From an uncultured delta proteobacterium (GTDB taxonomy: Bacteria; Desulfobacterota; Desulfuromonadia; Desulfuromonadales; BM103), in contig CAVQRZ010000034.1 in assembly GCA_963715335.1 (NCBI GenBank), forward strand, positions 1-64,000: a DNA stretch of 64,000 nt, given 5' to 3'. The translations under genes and the position numbers were made by a program. The notes beneath the pieces are model-generated. The model had not been told where the DNA came from and searched no databases. It worked only from the letters and a program-made list of their open reading frames with translations. Of this stretch, positions 20,671 to 30,726 are shown piece by piece. Numbering within the stretch: position 1 is the stretch's first letter; the number at the start of each line of letters is the position of its first letter.

Positions 20671-21579
20671 ATGCGAGTCAAGTTGATAGCCAACCCGGTC
20701 AGCGGTGGTGATGCCCGACCACGCATCCGGCTTGCCCTGGAGACCTTGCAGGGCCTGGGCGCTGAAGTCGACCTCTGCCTGACGACAGCGCGGGGCGACG
20801 CCCGGCTTGCCGCATCACGGGCCGTGTCGGAAGGCTTTGACCGGGTTGTTGCCGCCGGCGGAGACGGCACTCTCAATGAAGTCGTCAACGGGATTGCTTC
20901 ACCGGATCTGCCGGTGGCGTTTCTGCCTCTCGGTACGGTGAATGTCTTTGCCCTCGAGGCCGGAATCCCGTTGCAGATCGACAAGGCCTGTGCCGTCGCC
21001 ATGCGGGGAATTCCGCGGGCGATAACGCTTGGCAGAATCAATGGTGAACTGTTCCTGCTCATGGCCAGCGCCGGCTGGGACGCCGCGGCGGTGGCGAACG
21101 TGCGGCCCACTTTGAAAAGGCTGCTTGGCCGGTTGGCCTATGCGGTCAGTGCTGTCGAAACCCTCTTGTTCAGGCCCTCGCCAGCCCTGGAGCTGCAACT
21201 GCGGGATGGGCGTCGTCTCAAAGGGTTTGGCGTAGTCGTCAGCAACTGCCGTTACTATGGTGGCCGCTACGTGGTGACCCCTGCCGCCTCCATGTTCAAG
21301 GACGATCTTGAGGTCTGTCTCCTGTGCCAGGGCGGGCGTATCGCACAGCTGCGTTTCGCTTTGTCCCTGGCACTGAAACGGCCATTGCGCGCGCCGCTTG
21401 CACAGTTTCTGAGCGTGGATGAAATCAGGGTGGACGGGACCGCTGTCGCCATCCAGGTCGATGGCGATGATTTCGGCGTTCTACCGGCCATGATCGAAGC
21501 GGTGCCGCGGGCCGTCACCGTGGTGTTGCCCGCAACACTTTTTGAAAGGTCTTTTGATGTCGTCTCTCAAATCACGTGA
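20671..21579 (+). CDS. Diacylglycerol/lipid kinase family (YegS-like)
   Basis: NPVSG, AAGGDGTLNEV, PLGTVNVFA, QVDGD. Confidence 0.92.
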   Translation: MRVKLIANPVSGGDARPRIRLALETLQGLGAEVDLCLTTARGDARLAASRAVSEGFDRVVAAGGDGTLNEVVNGIASPDLPVAFLPLGTVNVFALEAGIPLQIDKACAVAMRGIPRAITLGRINGELFLLMASAGWDAAAVANVRPTLKRLLGRLAYAVSAVETLLFRPSPALELQLRDGRRLKGFGVVVSNCRYYGGRYVVTPAASMFKDDLEVCLLCQGGRIAQLRFALSLALKRPLRAPLAQFLSVDEIRVDGTAVAIQVDGDDFGVLPAMIEAVPRAVTVVLPATLFERSFDVVSQIT

Positions 21580-22093
21580 TAAGGTCTTTGTCGGCCGGGT
21601 TCTCGACGTTGGTGTCGAGGTGCATGAAATGCCCGATCTCCGACGCTCGGAGTTTGAAATTATCCGCCATCCCGGAGGGGCTGCAATCCTGCCGGTTCTC
21701 CCTGATGGCAGGGTGCTCCTGATCCGGCAGTTCCGGCCGGCGATCGGCGAGATGGTCTATGAAATCCCGGCCGGGCGCCTGGAACCGGGAGAATCTCCCG
21801 GAAGTTGTGCCGCGCGCGAATTGACCGAAGAGGCGGGCTATGCGGCGGCGGAGATCCTGCCGCTTGGCAGCTTCTGGAGCACTGTGGGCTTTTGTGATGA
21901 ACGGGTTTACCTCTTTCTCGGCAGGGCGCTCTCGGCAGTTGAACAGCAGCTTGAAGCGGACGAGGTGATCATTCTCTGCCCCATGTCAATCGACGAGGCC
22001 CTGAACAAAATCAGTAGTGGCGAGATCCTTGACAGCAAAACGCAGCTGGCCCTGTTGCAATACCGGCGCATCTGCGAGGAGGGTAACGCGTGA
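21557..22093 (+). CDS. NUDIX hydrolase, ADP-ribose pyrophosphatase-like
   Basis: RHPGGAAI, EIPAGRLEPGE..AARELTEEAG Nudix box. Confidence 0.9.
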   Translation: MSSLKSRDKVFVGRVLDVGVEVHEMPDLRRSEFEIIRHPGGAAILPVLPDGRVLLIRQFRPAIGEMVYEIPAGRLEPGESPGSCAARELTEEAGYAAAEILPLGSFWSTVGFCDERVYLFLGRALSAVEQQLEADEVIILCPMSIDEALNKISSGEILDSKTQLALLQYRRICEEGNA

Positions 22094-22947
22094 CGGCCCT
22101 GCCCGAAACCTATGCCTCACCCCTCCATCTGCCTTTCAACCGGGCCTGCCTGGATCAGCAGTTCAAGCTGCTGAGTCCGCAAGCGGATTCGGGCGGACCG
22201 GGTTACGGCGTGTTGTTGCATGGCAGCAAAATGCTCGTGACAAGAGCGCAGGACAGGTTCGATCTACCTTTTGGAGAGTGGCCAGAGGCTCCATCCCTTC
22301 ACCTTGGTTACTGGCAGGGGAAACCTTGCCGCCTGGTTGAATTCGGCCAGCTTGACAGGCTGCCGAAGAATCTTGAAATGCTCGGGCTTCTGGATGAAAA
22401 GCCGCTGCTGCCGATCGACCTGCTGAGTCTCGGCGGCCTGGGCCGCATGATCCTGCACTGGCAGGAACGTAGCCGTTACTGTGGCTACTGCGGAGAGCCG
22501 ACAGCCTGGCTGGCAGGGGAATGGGGGAGGGGGTGCTCATCGTGCAAGGCCCATGCTTACCCGGCCATTCACCCATGCGCCATCGTCCTTGTGACCCGTC
22601 CCGGTGAAGTACTGCTGACCCGCAAAGCGACCTGGGCCGCCAACCGTTACAGCCTGGTGGCAGGGTTCCAGGAGTTTGGCGAATCACTTGAAGAGGCCGC
22701 GATCCGGGAGATCGCTGAGGAAACCGGTGTGATCGCCGACAATGTTCGCTACGTCGGCAGCCAGTGCTGGCCATTTCCCAGCCAGGTGATGGTAGGCTTC
22801 GTCGCGGACTTTGTCAGCGGGGAGATCGAGGTTGACACGCGGGAGTTGGAGGCCGCGCGCTGGTTCCCTGTTGACGCACTGCCGCAGTTACCGCCCAAGC
22901 GCAGCATCGCACGCTACATCCTCGATACAACCCTGAAGCTGTCGTGA
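22090..22947 (+). CDS. nudC: NAD(H) diphosphatase
   Basis: YCGYCG..CSSC zinc finger, AGFQEFGESLE..REIAEETG, SQCWPFPSQ. Confidence 0.93.
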   Translation: MTALPETYASPLHLPFNRACLDQQFKLLSPQADSGGPGYGVLLHGSKMLVTRAQDRFDLPFGEWPEAPSLHLGYWQGKPCRLVEFGQLDRLPKNLEMLGLLDEKPLLPIDLLSLGGLGRMILHWQERSRYCGYCGEPTAWLAGEWGRGCSSCKAHAYPAIHPCAIVLVTRPGEVLLTRKATWAANRYSLVAGFQEFGESLEEAAIREIAEETGVIADNVRYVGSQCWPFPSQVMVGFVADFVSGEIEVDTRELEAARWFPVDALPQLPPKRSIARYILDTTLKLS

Positions 22948-22951
22948 CCGG

Positions 22952-23206
22952 GTGGGGACGATGAGCGCAGAGATCTTCAGCAAACGATATTTCCAGTTGC
23001 CGCGCGCCGAGATCGGCCAGCTGCGCTTTATCCTGGAGAGTTACGATGGTCTGGCCTTTGCGCGGACCCTGGACAGCCACGCCGGCCTGGTCGAAATTGC
23101 CTGCTCGGCGAGCCGTACTGCAGATGTCGATGCCCTGCTCATGGCGCTTGGCGAAGAGCTCGGCCTTCGGGAAGTCCCGGTGCCGGAGGCTATCCCCCAG
23201 CTTTAG
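22952..23206 (+). CDS. DUF4911-like small protein
   Basis: IGQLRFILESYDGLAFARTLD pattern. Confidence 0.75.
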   Translation: MGTMSAEIFSKRYFQLPRAEIGQLRFILESYDGLAFARTLDSHAGLVEIACSASRTADVDALLMALGEELGLREVPVPEAIPQL

Positions 23207-23589
23207 ACGGTCACCAGCTCGATCTCCGGCGGATCGTCCAGCACTTTTTTCACCGCGCACTGGTCGGTGGCACGAACAATCGCCCCGCGGTACTTCTCCG
23301 GGAACCCTTCCGGCAGGTTCAAAGTGATCTCAATGCGGTCCAGCCGCTTGGTTTCCGGGTTGCGCTCGGTGGCCAACGACAGGCGCATCCCCTCGGTGGC
23401 CAGTTCGCGCTGCTGGCAAAAGCGCAGGGCGTAAAACCCGGCACAGGTGCCCAGTGAAACCAGGAAGAGGTCCAGTGGTGCCGGTGCCGTGTTCTCACCG
23501 CCGTTTTTTTCAGGTTGATCGGTGGCTGTCTCAAAGCCTTTGAACTGAGCGTTGACCCGTACACCGCCCGGAAATGTGATTTCCATCAT
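23203..23589 (-). CDS. OsmC family protein
   Basis: TDQP..GG..APAPLDLFLVSLGTC, DQCAVK. Confidence 0.9.
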   Translation of the reverse strand: MMEITFPGGVRVNAQFKGFETATDQPEKNGGENTAPAPLDLFLVSLGTCAGFYALRFCQQRELATEGMRLSLATERNPETKRLDRIEITLNLPEGFPEKYRGAIVRATDQCAVKKVLDDPPEIELVTV

Positions 23590-23684
23590 GTTGCATTCCT
23601 CCAATGTCGTTGCGCATGGGAGACGTCCCCCAGCATCTGAAATTTACAAGTCAAGCCTGACGGTTCCGGTGCGGCAGCAACCTG

Positions 23685-24812
23685 TCACCACTTTTCATCC
23701 TCCGGCTCCAGTTTCACCAGGTTATAACTGCGTATCCCCAGGCCAATTTTTTCACCGTGCTCCAGCTGCACTTCCCAGTTGATTTTCGGATAGACGCCGC
23801 GGAACTTGTCAAAGCCGGGCTCATGGCCGCTCTGCATGGCCGTGCCGGGCAGGCCGCGGGCCTGGTTGACAAGGTCGGCACAGGCCTGGTCGAGTGCGAC
23901 CGGGTCGGTGGCAGCAAGAATGCCGATGTCGGGGACGATCGGTGCGTCGGAGTGTCCGTAACAGTCACAGGCCGGAGAAACCTGGGTGATGAAATTGATG
24001 AACAGCACTTTCCCGGTTTTACCGGATACGGCACCGAGAGCGTACTCGGCCATTTTCTTCATCACCAGCGAGGACTCCTCGTTCCAGTTGATGCGAATCG
24101 CCTGGGGCTCGCAGATAGTGATGCAGCGCCCGCACCCGGTGCAGCGTGCGGCATCGATGACCGCCCTGCCGCTGTCGAGGTCGATCGCGTTGTGGGCGCA
24201 GGCCGTGAGGCAGGCGCCACAGGCTGTGCAATGGTTTACTGAGATACTGGGGGCCACAGTGGAGTGCTGCTCGAGCTTGCCTTCACGGCTTGAACAGCCC
24301 ATGGCGAGATTCTTGATCGCACCACCGAAACCGGTCAACTCATGGCACTTGAAATGACTCAGTACGATCATGGCGTCGGCCTCGAGGATTTCCTGGCCGA
24401 TATCAACCTCACGCAGGAGCTCTCCGGGGACTGCAACGCGGCGTGCCGAATGGCCGCGTAAGCCGTCGCTCATGATCAGCGGGGCATTGACCACGGCATA
24501 GGCAAAACCGTTCTCAATCGCGCAGGTCAGGGCGGAAACGGCTTCTTTGCGCTCGCCCGGGTAAAGGGTGCTAGAATCGGTCAAAAAAGGCTTGCCACCG
24601 GCGTTCTTGACCTGGTCGACAATCCGCCGCACGAAGGTCGGCCGGATGTAGGCATGGCCGCCTCTCTCACCGAAGTGCATCTTGATGGCGACCAGTCCAC
24701 CTGGTTTGACGATCCCGTACAGGCCGGCCCGATCCGCCAATCTCTCCAGCTTGGTGTGCAGGTTCTCCCGCATTCCTGTCCGCATGTCAGCAAAAAAAAC
24801 CTGTTCAGCCAT
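23685..24812 (-). CDS. DUF362 protein with two 4Fe-4S ferredoxin motifs
   Basis: AIKMHFGE, SHFKCHELTGFGGAIKN, CTACGACLTAC, CTGCGRCITIC. Confidence 0.9.
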   Translation of the reverse strand: MAEQVFFADMRTGMRENLHTKLERLADRAGLYGIVKPGGLVAIKMHFGERGGHAYIRPTFVRRIVDQVKNAGGKPFLTDSSTLYPGERKEAVSALTCAIENGFAYAVVNAPLIMSDGLRGHSARRVAVPGELLREVDIGQEILEADAMIVLSHFKCHELTGFGGAIKNLAMGCSSREGKLEQHSTVAPSISVNHCTACGACLTACAHNAIDLDSGRAVIDAARCTGCGRCITICEPQAIRINWNEESSLVMKKMAEYALGAVSGKTGKVLFINFITQVSPACDCYGHSDAPIVPDIGILAATDPVALDQACADLVNQARGLPGTAMQSGHEPGFDKFRGVYPKINWEVQLEHGEKIGLGIRSYNLVKLEPEDEKW

Positions 24813-24969
24813 GGTCCTCTCCCGTCTGCATCGATCTCAACCAAGCAGAATTAGCGCGTCCCCCAGCTCCGGGCCAATCTGGCCTAACAGGCAAAGGCCC
24901 TCGCCGGGCCCCTGTTGTTGCGGCGCGAAACGCACGCCGGGTAGCCAGGATTGTGTCCAGGTGAGTGGC

Positions 24970-25239
24970 TCACTGCGGTTGCTCAGCCTGCTTGCCGAGC
25001 TGTCCATAAGATTCGACCTTGCCGTTGACGATGTGGATATAGTAGCGTTCCCAGAAACGGTTGACCGGTGTGTACCAGAGGTATTCCTCGTTACCGCTGC
25101 CGGAGGCGTTGTTCGGTTTCCCCATCTGCTGCAGGACCTCGGCCTTGGTCATGCCGGGCTCTACGTTATGGATGCCGATCCACGGAGCACAGCCACCGAC
25201 AAGCGTCGCCAGGACAGCCATTATGATCCATTTGCGCAT
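24970..25239 (-). CDS. Small lipoprotein, SmpA/BamE-like domain
   Basis: LVGGC lipobox; GMTKAEVLQQMGKP. Confidence 0.75.
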   Translation of the reverse strand: MRKWIIMAVLATLVGGCAPWIGIHNVEPGMTKAEVLQQMGKPNNASGSGNEEYLWYTPVNRFWERYYIHIVNGKVESYGQLGKQAEQPQ

Positions 25240-25286
25240 TGTAATCCTCCCGGGGGCTCCCTCTCTTCAAAACATAACTGTTACGG

Positions 25287-26387
25287 CTAGCCGGGAATCG
25301 CGGCGGCCGTCTCAGGGTCGTCTTGCCTGATGTAGACGGTGGTGCTGGGGAAAGCGATCTCCAGCCCCAGCGCTTCCAGGGTGTCCATGATCTTGAGACA
25401 GACGTCCTCGCGCGCCTCAAGGTATTCGCCCCATACCGTCGTCGTGGTGAAACAGTAAACCATGATGTCCAGCGATGAAGCACCGAAGTCGGTGAAATTG
25501 ACCAGGAAGAACTCCTGGTCGATGGCCGGATGGGTTTGCAGAAGTTCGCGGATCTTTTTTACGGCTTCGCGCATCTGTGACGGAGACGTGTCATAGGTGA
25601 CACCGACCGTGAGTCGGATGCGCCGCTTCGGCATGCGGCTGTAATTGTCCAGGGCCATGTTGGCGATGATGTTGTTCGGTACGGAAATCAGGGTCTTGGC
25701 AAAGGTGCGAATCTTGGTCGAGCGGAAACCGATTTCCTCGACGGTGCCTTCCATGTCGCCGGCCTTGATCCAGTCGCCGATGTGGAAAGGGCGATCGAAG
25801 ATGATCATCAGCGAGCCGAAGATGTTGGAGACGGTGTCCTTGGCAGCCAGGGCAAAAGCCAGGCCACCAATGCCGAGCGAGGCCAGGATCCCGGTAATCG
25901 GGTAGCCGAAGGATTGGACCGCCATCAGTCCGGCCATGACGACGATGAAAACCCGCAGGGTCTTGCGGACCAGTGGTACCAGCTGGTCATCCAGGACGGA
26001 TTCGGTGCGAACCGCCCATTTGGTCAGGTAATGGTCGACCATGTCGACCATGTTGAAGAAGAACCAGGCGACATCCAGGATCAGCAAAGCCTTGAGCAGA
26101 GTCGAGACGAGTTTCTCCAGGTTGTACGGTTCAACGGGAAGTCGCAGAAATTCCGCGGCAACAAAAAGACCGATCAGAAAAACCAGAAATTCTAATGGCT
26201 TATGCAGGCAGGCCAGGAGGCGGTCGTCAAGCTCTTTGCTGCTCTTCTGTGCCAGGGGCATGATGGCCCTGGTGAAGAAGAAGGCGAAGATTTTTTTGGC
26301 AATCAAGGCGATCAGGACAATGCCAACTGCCGTAATGTAGCGGCCGATGGTAATCCCCAGAATTTCATTGTTCATCCATTCGGTCAT
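25287..26387 (-). CDS. MscS-family mechanosensitive channel
   Basis: SLGIGGLAFALAAKDT, RPFHIGDWI, GTVEEIGFRST, FGASSLD. Confidence 0.93.
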   Translation of the reverse strand: MTEWMNNEILGITIGRYITAVGIVLIALIAKKIFAFFFTRAIMPLAQKSSKELDDRLLACLHKPLEFLVFLIGLFVAAEFLRLPVEPYNLEKLVSTLLKALLILDVAWFFFNMVDMVDHYLTKWAVRTESVLDDQLVPLVRKTLRVFIVVMAGLMAVQSFGYPITGILASLGIGGLAFALAAKDTVSNIFGSLMIIFDRPFHIGDWIKAGDMEGTVEEIGFRSTKIRTFAKTLISVPNNIIANMALDNYSRMPKRRIRLTVGVTYDTSPSQMREAVKKIRELLQTHPAIDQEFFLVNFTDFGASSLDIMVYCFTTTTVWGEYLEAREDVCLKIMDTLEALGLEIAFPSTTVYIRQDDPETAAAIPG

Positions 26388-26577
26388 TGGGCTCTCTCCT
26401 GGCAACAGGGCTGCCAAACAATGCTTTAAGCTAGCAGATGAAAAAGGCAAAAGCAAGGTCATGGGCGGCCTGCGGGAAAAATCCGCGGAGCGAAGTGATT
26501 CTGCCAGTTTATGGTAAAATGTATCAGACTGATAGACGGGTAGACAAAAGAACATAAATGTTTAAGGAGATGTACCG

Positions 26578-29247
26578 ATGAGTATAGAAAGTATGAACAG
26601 CTTTGCGACCAGGAAAACTATGGATGTCGCCGGTGTGACGTATGAATATTTCAGCCTCGCAGAATATGCTGGGACGCATCAGGATGTGAGCCGTCTGCCC
26701 CTGACCCTGAAGGTGCTGCTCGAGAACCTGCTACGCAACGAAGATGGTGATTCGGTCACCGCAGAGGATATCAACGCGGTTGTCGCCTGGCTGGATAAGC
26801 GCACCTCCGATCATGAAATTGCCTTTCGTCCGGCCCGGGTGTTGATGCAGGACTTCACCGGCGTGCCCGCCGTTGTCGATCTCGCTGCGATGCGCGACGC
26901 CGTGACCCGAGCCGGCGGCGATCCGCAGAAGATCAACCCGCAGATCCCTGTCGACCTGGTCATCGACCACTCGGTCATGGTCGACAAATATGCCATGCCG
27001 GAAGCTTTCGCCTATAACGTCGACAGGGAGATGGAGCGCAACCGGGAGCGCTATGCCTTTTTGCGCTGGGGGCAGCTGGCTTTCGACAATTTCCGCGTCG
27101 TGCCTCCGGGAACCGGTATCTGCCACCAGGTGAACCTCGAATACCTGGCCCGCACAGTCTGGGCCTCCAGTGAGAATGGCCGGCCGGTCGCCTACCCGGA
27201 CACCCTGGTCGGGACTGACAGCCATACCACGATGATCAACGGCCTGGCTGTGCTCGGCTGGGGCGTGGGGGGCATCGAAGCCGAAGCCGCCATGCTCGGG
27301 CAGCCGGTTTCGATGATCATCCCCGAGGTCATCGGCTTCCGCCTGACCGGTAAACTCCGGGAAGGGGTGACCGCCACCGACCTGGTCCTGACCGTGACCC
27401 AGATGCTGCGCAAGTTCGGCGTGGTCGGCAAATTCGTCGAGTTCTTCGGTGACGGTCTGGGCAAACTGCCGCTTGCGGACCGGGCGACGATCGCCAACAT
27501 GGCGCCGGAGTACGGCGCGACCTGCGGCTGGTTCCCGATTGACGAGGTCACGCTCGATTACCTGCGCCTCTCCGGGCGAGATGACGCCACGGTTGCTCTG
27601 GTCGAGGCCTACGCCAAAGAACAGGGCTTATGGCGTTTTGATGGCATGACAGACCCGGAGTACACGGCTGTCCTGGAACTTGACCTGGGTACCGTCAAGC
27701 CGAGCCTGGCCGGGCCGAAACGCCCGCAGGACCGGGTCGATCTCGAAGCGATGAAAGAGGCGACGAAGGCGGCCATCCCTGCCGATGCTGCTAATCGTAC
27801 TGCTGCAGTGGCCGGCAGCGACTATGCGCTGAACCAGGGGGATGTCGTCATCGCCGCGATCACCTCCTGCACCAACACCTCCAACCCGGCAGTCATGATG
27901 GGCGCCGGTCTGGTGGCAAAAAAGGCGGTTGAAAAAGGACTCGTGCAGAAGCCGTGGGTGAAAACCTCGCTGGCCCCGGGCTCCAAGGTTGTTACAGACT
28001 ACCTGGAGAAAGCCGGCCTGCAGAGATATCTCGATCAGATTGGTTTCCATGTGGTCGGCTATGGCTGTACCACCTGTATCGGCAACTCCGGGCCTTTGAC
28101 CGGGCCGATCGCCGATGCGATCACGGACCAGGATATGGTGGTCTGTTCCGTGCTTTCCGGAAACCGCAACTTCGAGGGGCGGGTGCACTCCCACACCAAG
28201 GCCAACTGGCTGGCGTCCCCGCCGCTGGTCGTCGCCTATGCCCTCGCCGGCAGCACCTGTATCGACCTGACCTCAGAACCCCTCGGCAAGGATCCGCAGG
28301 GCAAGGACGTCTATCTCAAGGATATCTGGCCGAGCGACGAAGAGGTCGCCGAAATGGTCAAACTGGTCTCGGCTGACATGTTCAGGGAAAAATATGCCGA
28401 CGTCTTTGCCGGTGAGGAGAGCTGGCGCAATCTGCCGGTCCCCGAAGGCCAGACCTATGACTGGGACGACAGCTCGACTTACGTCAAGGAGCCCTCCTTC
28501 TTCGAGGTGCGTGAGGCCGCGGCAAACTGCCTGACGGGGTTTTCCGGAGCCCGCCTGCTCGCCCTGCTGGGAGATTCGATTACCACCGACCACATCTCTC
28601 CGGCCGGCTCGATTCTGGCCAGCAGTCCGGCCGGAGTCTATTTGCGGGAACATGGGGTCGGCCCGGCGGACTTCAACTCCTACGGCTCACGACGCGGCAA
28701 CCACGAGATCATGATGCGCGGGACCTTCGCCAACATCCGTCTGAAAAATGAGCTGGTCGCCGGGGTCGAAGGCGGCTTCACCAGGGAACTGCCCAACGGC
28801 GGACAGGCGAGTATTTTCGATGCTGCGGTCAGGTACGCAGACCAGGGTACGCCTCTGGTGATCATGGCGGGCAAAGAGTACGGCACCGGTTCGAGCCGTG
28901 ACTGGGCGGCGAAAGGCACTCTGCTGCTTGGGGTAAAGGCCGTGGTCGCCGAGAGCTTCGAGCGAATCCATCGTTCCAACCTGGTCGGGATGGGGATCCT
29001 GCCGTTACAGTTCAAGGCCGGCGATGATCGCAAGTCGCTTGGTATCGACGGCAGCGAAACCTTCGACCTGATCGGTCAGGCCGGCGCCATCGAGCCGGGG
29101 CAGGATATCGTCCTGCGGATCAATCGTGCCGACGGCAGCAGCCAGGAACTGGTTGTCGCTTGCCGTATCGATACCGCCAACGAGGTCCAGTATTTCCTGA
29201 GCGGCGGGATCCTGAATTACGTGTTGCGGAACCTGATGGAACAATGA
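26578..29247 (+). CDS. acnA: Aconitate hydratase AcnA
   Basis: [50 protein letters not shown]. Confidence 0.98.
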   Translation: MSIESMNSFATRKTMDVAGVTYEYFSLAEYAGTHQDVSRLPLTLKVLLENLLRNEDGDSVTAEDINAVVAWLDKRTSDHEIAFRPARVLMQDFTGVPAVVDLAAMRDAVTRAGGDPQKINPQIPVDLVIDHSVMVDKYAMPEAFAYNVDREMERNRERYAFLRWGQLAFDNFRVVPPGTGICHQVNLEYLARTVWASSENGRPVAYPDTLVGTDSHTTMINGLAVLGWGVGGIEAEAAMLGQPVSMIIPEVIGFRLTGKLREGVTATDLVLTVTQMLRKFGVVGKFVEFFGDGLGKLPLADRATIANMAPEYGATCGWFPIDEVTLDYLRLSGRDDATVALVEAYAKEQGLWRFDGMTDPEYTAVLELDLGTVKPSLAGPKRPQDRVDLEAMKEATKAAIPADAANRTAAVAGSDYALNQGDVVIAAITSCTNTSNPAVMMGAGLVAKKAVEKGLVQKPWVKTSLAPGSKVVTDYLEKAGLQRYLDQIGFHVVGYGCTTCIGNSGPLTGPIADAITDQDMVVCSVLSGNRNFEGRVHSHTKANWLASPPLVVAYALAGSTCIDLTSEPLGKDPQGKDVYLKDIWPSDEEVAEMVKLVSADMFREKYADVFAGEESWRNLPVPEGQTYDWDDSSTYVKEPSFFEVREAAANCLTGFSGARLLALLGDSITTDHISPAGSILASSPAGVYLREHGVGPADFNSYGSRRGNHEIMMRGTFANIRLKNELVAGVEGGFTRELPNGGQASIFDAAVRYADQGTPLVIMAGKEYGTGSSRDWAAKGTLLLGVKAVVAESFERIHRSNLVGMGILPLQFKAGDDRKSLGIDGSETFDLIGQAGAIEPGQDIVLRINRADGSSQELVVACRIDTANEVQYFLSGGILNYVLRNLMEQ

Positions 29248-29291
29248 AAAAGCACAGCAGAGAATAAAGAACCCTGTCTAAGAAAGGGACT

Positions 29292-29862
29292 CAGGCTGCT
29301 GACAAAGTTCAATTAGAGTTCATGATGGAAAGGGCAACAGATGGTTCATCTGTTGCCCTTTTTCATTGTATCCTGGAATTTAGAGACAAAAGCAAAATCC
29401 GGGGGTCTCGCCCCCCGACGGCGCCATACTCTTTTACTGGCCTAAAAGAGTATGCAGAAAAGGGCCTGCGCTGCGCTGGGCATGTCTGGCTCGGCAGGGC
29501 GGCAACCTCAATCCAGATCGTTTTAGACGATCAGGAGCCTGCGCTTCCCCCGCAGGAGCCGAGGCTCTTGAGAGCCTCTCCTGCTGTGGAGGCTTGCGTC
29601 GGTAGGAGTTGTTTTGGCTTTTCCCTTGTAAATCACACGGCAAGGTCAGGCCCTTTGACACAGGGCCGGATCCCCATCAGTAAAGGTTGTTGAAGTCACA
29701 GACATCCGGCAAAGGAGATGCCCTCCGCAAGGAGAAGGCATTTTTGCATACTTTTGTTGCCGGACAAAAGTATGGCGTCGGGCGGGACGCGACCCGCCGG
29801 TTCTGTGTTTAAGCATTTTAAGAATAAAGAACAAGGACAACAGTTTAACCCTCTGTTGCCCC
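29292..29862 (+). repeat. Copy A of the hairpin-rich intergenic repeat
   Basis: Leader caggctgctgacaaa, palindromes at 29329-29361 and 29835-29860, near-identical core shared with copies B, C and D. Confidence 0.92.
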
Positions 29863-29971
29863 AGGTTGTTTTCATGACAGCCACCCTCAACCATCTCTCC
29901 ATATCAAGGTCTCCCGAAAGGTTCTTTCGGATAAAAGCCTTGATATTGTAAATCTTCACATCGTCTTGCAT
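29863..29971 (-). pseudogene. Possible 5' gene remnant (MQDDVKIYNIKAFIRKNLSGDLD...) running into repeat copy A
   Basis: AGGGG RBS 6 nt before ATG 29971 and TATAAT on the minus strand at 30037-30042; frame continues into repeat sequence. Confidence 0.35.
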
Positions 29972-30061
29972 GCGCAACCCCTGAAGCGTGCGTTAACGTC
30001 CTGGTTGGCATCAACTACCAGGCCGGCCTGAAGGGCATTATACCCAGGGATGTGCCGTTGG

Positions 30062-30631
30062 CTATTTGAGCTGCTGGTAACGAAAACAGTCAGTCGTATG
30101 ATCGTTGACCATACCGACGGCCTGCATGAAGGCATAACAGATGGTTGGCCCGACAAAATTGAAGCCGCGGTTTTTCAGCTCTTTGCTCATTTTTTCTGAT
30201 GTGGTCGTTCTGGAGGGGATGTCGCTGAGGGTCTGCCGATGATTGATGATCGGCGTACCATCAACGAAAGCCCAGAGATAAGTCGAGAAGGAATCGTGCT
30301 CGTTTCGGATCTGCAGGTAGCCCTGGGCATTCCTGATTGCGGCTTTAATTTTGAGACGATTGCGGACAATGCCACTGTCCAGTAGCAACCGGTCAATATC
30401 CCTGTCCCCATAACGGGCAATCCGTTCCGGGTCGAACTGGTGAAATGCCTGCCGATAGTTGTCGCGTTTTTTCAGGATCGTCAGCCAGTTCAGGCCGGCC
30501 TGGGCCCCTTCGAGGATCAACATCTCGAAAAGCTTTCGATCGTCTTGCTCGGGCACGCCCCACTCATGATCGTGATAAGCGACGTAAAGAGGGTCGTTGC
30601 TGCACCAGCCGCAACGTCTGATCATAGGCAA
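30062..30631 (-). CDS. tag: DNA-3-methyladenine glycosylase I
   Basis: RCGW, YHDHEWG, LEGAQAGLNW, IVRNRLKI, FVGPTICYAFMQAVGMVNDH. Confidence 0.97.
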   Translation of the reverse strand: MPMIRRCGWCSNDPLYVAYHDHEWGVPEQDDRKLFEMLILEGAQAGLNWLTILKKRDNYRQAFHQFDPERIARYGDRDIDRLLLDSGIVRNRLKIKAAIRNAQGYLQIRNEHDSFSTYLWAFVDGTPIINHRQTLSDIPSRTTTSEKMSKELKNRGFNFVGPTICYAFMQAVGMVNDHTTDCFRYQQLK

Positions 30632-30726
30632 CGCTCCTTAAAGAGAGTGATAATGTTGTATAATGACACGGTTTAAAGCTTAATACGAATCGTACCGAAG
30701 GCAATTAAAGTCAGAGATGGGGCCAG

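Noticed and set aside
29322..29693. ORFs inside the repeat copies (also 12049-12492, 38505-38976, 49296-49675, 51060-51606)
   Set aside because: Starts, stops and frames differ among copies (e.g. the PPQEPRLLRASP frame shifts in copy D) and none resembles a transposase; treated as repeat-derived shadows.
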